This document shows positions 58,144 through 64,000 of a stretch of 64,000 bases of DNA, one piece after another. The notes below the pieces were generated by a model that had not been told where the DNA came from, did no database searches, and saw nothing but the letters and a program-made list of their open reading frames with translations. The stretch is from assembly GCA_903856085.1 (NCBI GenBank), contig CAIOAT010000013.1:39430-103429 (forward strand), in the 5' to 3' direction. The translations under genes were made by a program, and so were the position numbers. Position 1 is the first letter of the stretch, and each line of letters opens with the position of its first letter. Origin of the DNA: Candidatus Omnitrophota bacterium (lineage in GTDB: Bacteria > Omnitrophota > Omnitrophia > Omnitrophales > Aquincolibacteriaceae).

Positions 58144-59181
58144 ATGGCAAAAATGAAGGCGGTCGTTTTCAAAAAACACGGCACAACGGCAGAGCTTGAA
58201 GAAACTTATGTGCCTATTCCAGAACTCGGGAAAAAGGATGTCCTGGTCAAGGTCAAAGCTTGCGCGCTGAACCATTTGGATCTTTGGGTGCTCGGGGGCA
58301 TGCCAGGCGTCAAGGTCAGCATGCCGCATATTCTCGGTTGTGATATCGCGGGCGAAGTCGTTGAAAAAGGCAAAAAAGCTCACGGCATCCCGCTTCATAA
58401 ACCCGTGATCGTCGCACCCGGTATTTCCTGCGGCAAATGCGTTCACTGCAAATCAGGCTGGGACAGTCTTTGCGCCAAATATGAGATCGTCGGATTTCAG
58501 AATAACGGCGGTTACGCAGAATATGTCAAAGTCCCTGCACGGAACATCCTCCCTGTGCTCGGAAATCTCGGTATGGAATCCTGGGCCGCGGTGCCACTTG
58601 TGTTCCTGACGGCGTGGCATATCCTCGTAACACGAGCCGCACTCCAGAAAAAAGAGACGGTACTCATCCAGGCCGGCGGAAGCGGCATCGGAAGCGCCGC
58701 GATCCAGATCGCAAAGCTTCTGGGAGCCCGAGTGATCACCACGGTGGGAAGTGAAGAAAAGGTCAAGCGCGCCAAAGCACTCGGCGCAGATGCTGTCATC
58801 AATTATAAACTGAAAGATTTCCGGACTGAGGTGATGCGCCTGACTCAAAGTGAGGGCGTCGACGTTCTTTTTGAACATATCGGAGGCAACACGTTCACTC
58901 AAAGCGTGCTATGCCTCAAGAAAAAAGGCCGGATCGTTACCTGCGGCGCCACAGCCGGTCGCACCGTTAGCTTTGACCTGCGCTATCTTTACACGCATCA
59001 GCTTTCCGTCATGGGCTCTTATATGGGCGGCATCCCGGAGCTTCAGCGCATCGTCCGGCGCATTCAAGACGGCCGTTTGCGACCCGTGATCGATCAAGTC
59101 TTTCCGTTGCGGGAAGCGCGTCAGGCTCTGAATCGCATGGCCGCCCGCGAAAATTTTGGGAAGATTATTTTAAAACCCTAA
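58144..59181 (+). CDS. zinc-binding alcohol dehydrogenase / quinone oxidoreductase family (MDR) protein
   Basis: GCDIAGEV, GISCGKCVHCKSG and GGSGIGSAAIQIAKLLGA Rossmann motifs. Confidence 0.85.
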   Translation: MAKMKAVVFKKHGTTAELEETYVPIPELGKKDVLVKVKACALNHLDLWVLGGMPGVKVSMPHILGCDIAGEVVEKGKKAHGIPLHKPVIVAPGISCGKCVHCKSGWDSLCAKYEIVGFQNNGGYAEYVKVPARNILPVLGNLGMESWAAVPLVFLTAWHILVTRAALQKKETVLIQAGGSGIGSAAIQIAKLLGARVITTVGSEEKVKRAKALGADAVINYKLKDFRTEVMRLTQSEGVDVLFEHIGGNTFTQSVLCLKKKGRIVTCGATAGRTVSFDLRYLYTHQLSVMGSYMGGIPELQRIVRRIQDGRLRPVIDQVFPLREARQALNRMAARENFGKIILKP

Positions 59182-60075
59182 ATGAAACGCTCCAAACCCT
59201 ATCTCTCCGGCATCCAACTCATGTCCCAAAGCGCGATCTGTTTTTCGATCATGGCGCTTTGCGTCAAGTACGCCAGCACCTCCATCTCTCCCTTCCAGAT
59301 CGTTTTCTTCCGCAGTTTTTTCGGACTAGTGCTTGTACTCCCCTGGATCTGGCGCAAAAAAGTTTCGGTCTGGGGTGAGGAACGGTTGAAACTCACGGCT
59401 CGCGGCATCTGCGGCTTCGGCGCCCTGATCCTGCATTTCTACACGATTGCAAAACTCGAACTCGGTTTTGCGATCATGCTCAATTACACGGCCCCGATCT
59501 TCACGGTGATCTTCTCGATCTTCTTTCTAAAAGAACGGCCGAGCCTCTCCCTTTGTTTTTTGATCCTTTTGTCTTTTGCGGGAGTGGTTTTGCTCAATGC
59601 CCGTTCCGGCGCGGCCTGGGGCCCCGCGGTATGGCTTGCGCTCCTATCCTCGGTCTTCGCCGCATTCGCTTATTTGTCGATCCGCACGATCCGGCACCGG
59701 GAATCCCCTTATACCGTGATCTTTTATTTCACATTGATCTCAACGATCGGTTCACTTTTTTTCCTGAAAGACTGGCGATGGCCAGACTTAAGAACGTGGG
59801 GACTGGTCGCGGGAGTCGTGATCTTTTCTTTCTACGGACAGGTCTGGATGACGACAGCCTTAAGACGGGCGCCCGCCTACCTGGTCACGCCGTTCTCTTA
59901 TCTCCATCCAGTGCTCTCGTTCGGATATGGCTGGCTACTTTGGAGGGATGCCGTCACCTGGGCCACGGCGACTGGTATTTTTCTGATTGTGGGAAGCGGC
60001 TCGCTCATTTCTTGGTTTGAGACAAGGCGAGAAAAAAAGCTTCCTGCCTCCCTCTCAAGCGAATCTTGCCTCTAA
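59182..60075 (+). CDS. EamA/DMT-superfamily transporter
   Basis: Ten transmembrane helices with the two-repeat EamA architecture. Confidence 0.8.
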   Translation: MKRSKPYLSGIQLMSQSAICFSIMALCVKYASTSISPFQIVFFRSFFGLVLVLPWIWRKKVSVWGEERLKLTARGICGFGALILHFYTIAKLELGFAIMLNYTAPIFTVIFSIFFLKERPSLSLCFLILLSFAGVVLLNARSGAAWGPAVWLALLSSVFAAFAYLSIRTIRHRESPYTVIFYFTLISTIGSLFFLKDWRWPDLRTWGLVAGVVIFSFYGQVWMTTALRRAPAYLVTPFSYLHPVLSFGYGWLLWRDAVTWATATGIFLIVGSGSLISWFETRREKKLPASLSSESCL

Positions 60076-60108
60076 CGCTTGCAACCCTATTTTCCAAGAA
60101 AAACGGTA

Positions 60109-60924
60109 TTAAGCTTCGTTACGCTTCTGATCCGTGATTTTGAATGCCGCAAACAGATAGACCAGGTTGATCAGAACGTTCACGGAGAACGGCCAAGCCA
60201 GCGTTTGACCTGGGATCAAGGTTTTGAGCCAAGAGAGTGTAAAAGCCGCCGTGATGGCAAAACACGCCAGATTTAAAATAGCTCCATAGCCAAGTTTTTC
60301 CGTCCGCATGAGATTGAATAGAAGCCCTGCCAGGGAATAAAAAAGACTCGCCGCCATGAAAAATACGAAAGAAGAGATCAGCACCAGAAGCGGCACCACA
60401 AATGACATCGCGCTCTTAACGTTCTGATACATCGTCATCGCGGTAGTCCCGTCGATACGAACCCGCGGCGGCAGTTGCTGAGTCGGGCGCATCCCTGCTC
60501 CGGTAATATCCCGCGCCTCAATTTGTCCCGGCGCACGCTTGATGAAAACCTTTTGTGATGTCACCAGAAAATAAGCTTTGCCCATATCCGCTTCTGTCGC
60601 GGCCGTTTTTGTCATGTCAAAAAGAGCGATCGTTCCATACTGAGGATGCACAAGAGTCGCTGTGGTCTTGCCATTTTCAAGACTCAGACCGGCCGGGGTC
60701 CAGATAAGGACTGGCATATTCGACTGGGTCCATTGTGCAAAGGCATCCGCATGAGGCATCAATTTAACGGAAAGGAGTATCAACACAAGGACTGTCGTAA
60801 GACCTGCCAGATAGAGGCAATAAAGCACACCGCGGCCTGCATTGCTTTTGGCGGCATCCTGATAGACGGGCGGGTAAAAAAGAGCGGTGACGGGAGCGGT
60901 AAAGAACGTGAACATTTTATTCAT
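60109..60924 (-). CDS. polytopic membrane protein, hypothetical
   Basis: Hydrophobic 271 aa ORF. No confident family. Confidence 0.45.
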   Translation of the reverse strand: MNKMFTFFTAPVTALFYPPVYQDAAKSNAGRGVLYCLYLAGLTTVLVLILLSVKLMPHADAFAQWTQSNMPVLIWTPAGLSLENGKTTATLVHPQYGTIALFDMTKTAATEADMGKAYFLVTSQKVFIKRAPGQIEARDITGAGMRPTQQLPPRVRIDGTTAMTMYQNVKSAMSFVVPLLVLISSFVFFMAASLFYSLAGLLFNLMRTEKLGYGAILNLACFAITAAFTLSWLKTLIPGQTLAWPFSVNVLINLVYLFAAFKITDQKRNEA

Positions 60925-61393
60925 ATTGAATCTCCATGATCTTGAGTTTGATCTTTCCTGCCGGAACTTGAATGACGGTCTCTTCGTTCAAGGCTTTCCC
61001 GAGTATGCCGCGGCCGATCGGTGAGGTCACCGAGATCTTCCCCTCGTCAAAATTCGCCTCATCTTGGGATACAAGCGTGTAATCAAAAATATCGCCGCTA
61101 TCGAGATTCTTCACTTTAACTTTGGCGCTCAGATAAGCCTTGTCCTGGGCAATATCCCCTTTGTCAAGAATGCGCGCATTCCCGAGCCTGGCCTCCAACT
61201 GACCGATCCGTATTTCCAGCTGATGCTTCGCTTCCTTGGCGGTCTCCCAATCGGCATTTTCGCTCAAATCGCCGTGCGCCCGGGCCTTTTCAAGCTGGTC
61301 CGCGACCTCGCGACGTTTCTTGGTCTTGAGAAAATTTAAATCTTCGTAAAGCTTATCATAACCCTGCTGCGTTAAGATCACTTTGTCCGACAT
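60917..61393 (-). CDS. greA: transcription elongation factor GreA
   Basis: Full-length GreA (...GDLSENADWETAKE...). Confidence 0.9.
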   Translation of the reverse strand: MSDKVILTQQGYDKLYEDLNFLKTKKRREVADQLEKARAHGDLSENADWETAKEAKHQLEIRIGQLEARLGNARILDKGDIAQDKAYLSAKVKVKNLDSGDIFDYTLVSQDEANFDEGKISVTSPIGRGILGKALNEETVIQVPAGKIKLKIMEIQYE

Positions 61394-61411
61394 AATTTTG
61401 GAATCCTTTGT

Positions 61412-62494
61412 TTATTTGATTGAATAAGAACTATCCACCCGGCAAGGTTCGAATCCTGCGTCCTTGATACATCGGATAAGGTCCTCAGAACTTAACCCTT
61501 CAGGAGCGCGGCTTCCCGCCTCATGCATGACCCGTTCCTGGAGATTTGTCCCGCTCATGTCATCCGCGCCGAACGAAAGCGCGACTTGTACGAACTTCAA
61601 GTCCGTCGCCGACCCGTGAGCCTTAATGTGAGAGATATTATCCAGAAGAAGCCTCGAAATAGAAAGCATTTTCAGATCAAGAAAACCGCTGGTTTCTTTG
61701 CCCCCCCGGAGCGCGTTATTTTCGGAATGATACGCAAGCGGCACAAAGGCGCAAAACCCTTGTGTCTCATCCTGGAGCTCGCGCAATTTGAGAAGATGCG
61801 CTACGCGTTGCCCGGCGGTCTCAATATGCCCGTAAAGCATCGTGGCGTTGGTTTTGATCCCCGCCTTGTGTGCGGTCCGATGGATCTGGAGCCACTCCTC
61901 CCCGGATATTTTTTTAGGACAAATTTTAGCCCGTACCTCCGGGTCAAAAATTTCCGCCCCGCCCCCGGGCATCCCGTCTAACCCGGCCTCCTGAAGCCTG
62001 CGCAGAACTTCGGCCCAGGACACTCCCGAGTGCTTGGCCATAAAATCGATCTCGGGGGCACTGAATGCCTTGATAAAAAGATCTGAGCTCACCCCACGGA
62101 TCCGCTTCACCATTTCCAGATAATAATCAAGCCCGAGCGCAGGATTATGACCGCCCACGATATGAACTTCATTGATCTGCCAGCGATCGACCGCATTCCG
62201 GACTTTTTGTTCGATCTCCTCAAGCGTCAACGTGTAAGCGTCGGGCGCATCCGCATCACGGGAAAAGGCGCAGAACTCGCAACGGGCAGAACAAATATTC
62301 GTGGGATTGAGATGAAGGTTCAGGGCGTAGAAAGCCTGGCGGCCATGCATCCTGTCACGAACCTCATGCGCCATCTGACCGATCGCAAGAATGTCTGTGC
62401 TATTGAAAAGCTGCACGCCCTCTTCGAAAGACAGGCGTTCCTTATTCTGGACTTTTTGGGCGATTGTTTGAAAGAAATAAGCTTCGGGGTTCAT
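61412..62494 (-). CDS. radical SAM enzyme of the MqnC/MqnE (futalosine menaquinone pathway) / CofH family
   Basis: NICSARCEFCAF is the CxxxCxxC motif, with a C-terminal TIM-like domain. I cannot tell MqnC from MqnE by eye. Confidence 0.7.
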   Translation of the reverse strand: MNPEAYFFQTIAQKVQNKERLSFEEGVQLFNSTDILAIGQMAHEVRDRMHGRQAFYALNLHLNPTNICSARCEFCAFSRDADAPDAYTLTLEEIEQKVRNAVDRWQINEVHIVGGHNPALGLDYYLEMVKRIRGVSSDLFIKAFSAPEIDFMAKHSGVSWAEVLRRLQEAGLDGMPGGGAEIFDPEVRAKICPKKISGEEWLQIHRTAHKAGIKTNATMLYGHIETAGQRVAHLLKLRELQDETQGFCAFVPLAYHSENNALRGGKETSGFLDLKMLSISRLLLDNISHIKAHGSATDLKFVQVALSFGADDMSGTNLQERVMHEAGSRAPEGLSSEDLIRCIKDAGFEPCRVDSSYSIK

Positions 62495-62536
62495 GGTTGG
62501 ATCTTTCTTGCTAACGCGGCGTGCAGCGGTTGATTT

Positions 62537-64000
<1,464 letters not shown>

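Overview
This window is a dense 64 kb chromosomal stretch from a moderately GC-rich bacterium, roughly 55-58% GC by eye, with a lower-GC patch at about 40.5-43.0 kb. About 60 genes sit on both strands, many joined by 4-8 nt start/stop overlaps that indicate operons. I found no rRNA, no complete tRNA, no CRISPR array, and no transposase, integrase or phage genes.

Most of the content is housekeeping:
- **Glycerol use:** glycerol kinase and the start of glycerol-3-phosphate dehydrogenase.
- **Translation and growth:** elongation factor P, cold shock protein, release factor 3, Era, GreA, thioredoxin, endonuclease III.
- **Isoprenoid and cofactor genes:** ispH, ispG, the 3' end of thiC, and a futalosine-family radical SAM enzyme.
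- **Pyrophosphate metabolism:** a proton-pumping pyrophosphatase and a phosphofructokinase that looks PPi-dependent.
- **Envelope, transport and signalling:** a c-di-AMP cyclase cdaA joined to glpK, an APC permease with a UspA tail, a GT2 polysaccharide synthase with a PEGA-domain partner next to a two-component system, a MarR-outer-membrane-factor-RND efflux locus with no membrane fusion protein, MscS, TerC, a CHASE2-GGDEF cyclase, an orphan PAS kinase with four cysteines, and many small secreted proteins.

The most unusual locus is at 22.2-25.5 kb. It is a membrane-tethered variant of the AmmeMemoRadiSam system, whose function is unknown: a six-helix membrane protein with cysteine motifs, an N-terminally membrane-anchored radical SAM enzyme, and a single protein fusing a MEMO1-like domain to an AMMECR1 domain.

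Other things worth a second look:
- Tandem direct repeats of about 80 bp in the spacer downstream of the ferredoxin gene.
- A tRNA-like 3' fragment (T-arm plus acceptor) at the edge of the lower-GC patch, suggesting an old integration site.
- Two genes (hppA and htpX) broken by single-base deletions in homopolymer runs, which look like sequencing errors.
- A fusion of a nucleotide-kinase-like P-loop domain to dCMP deaminase.
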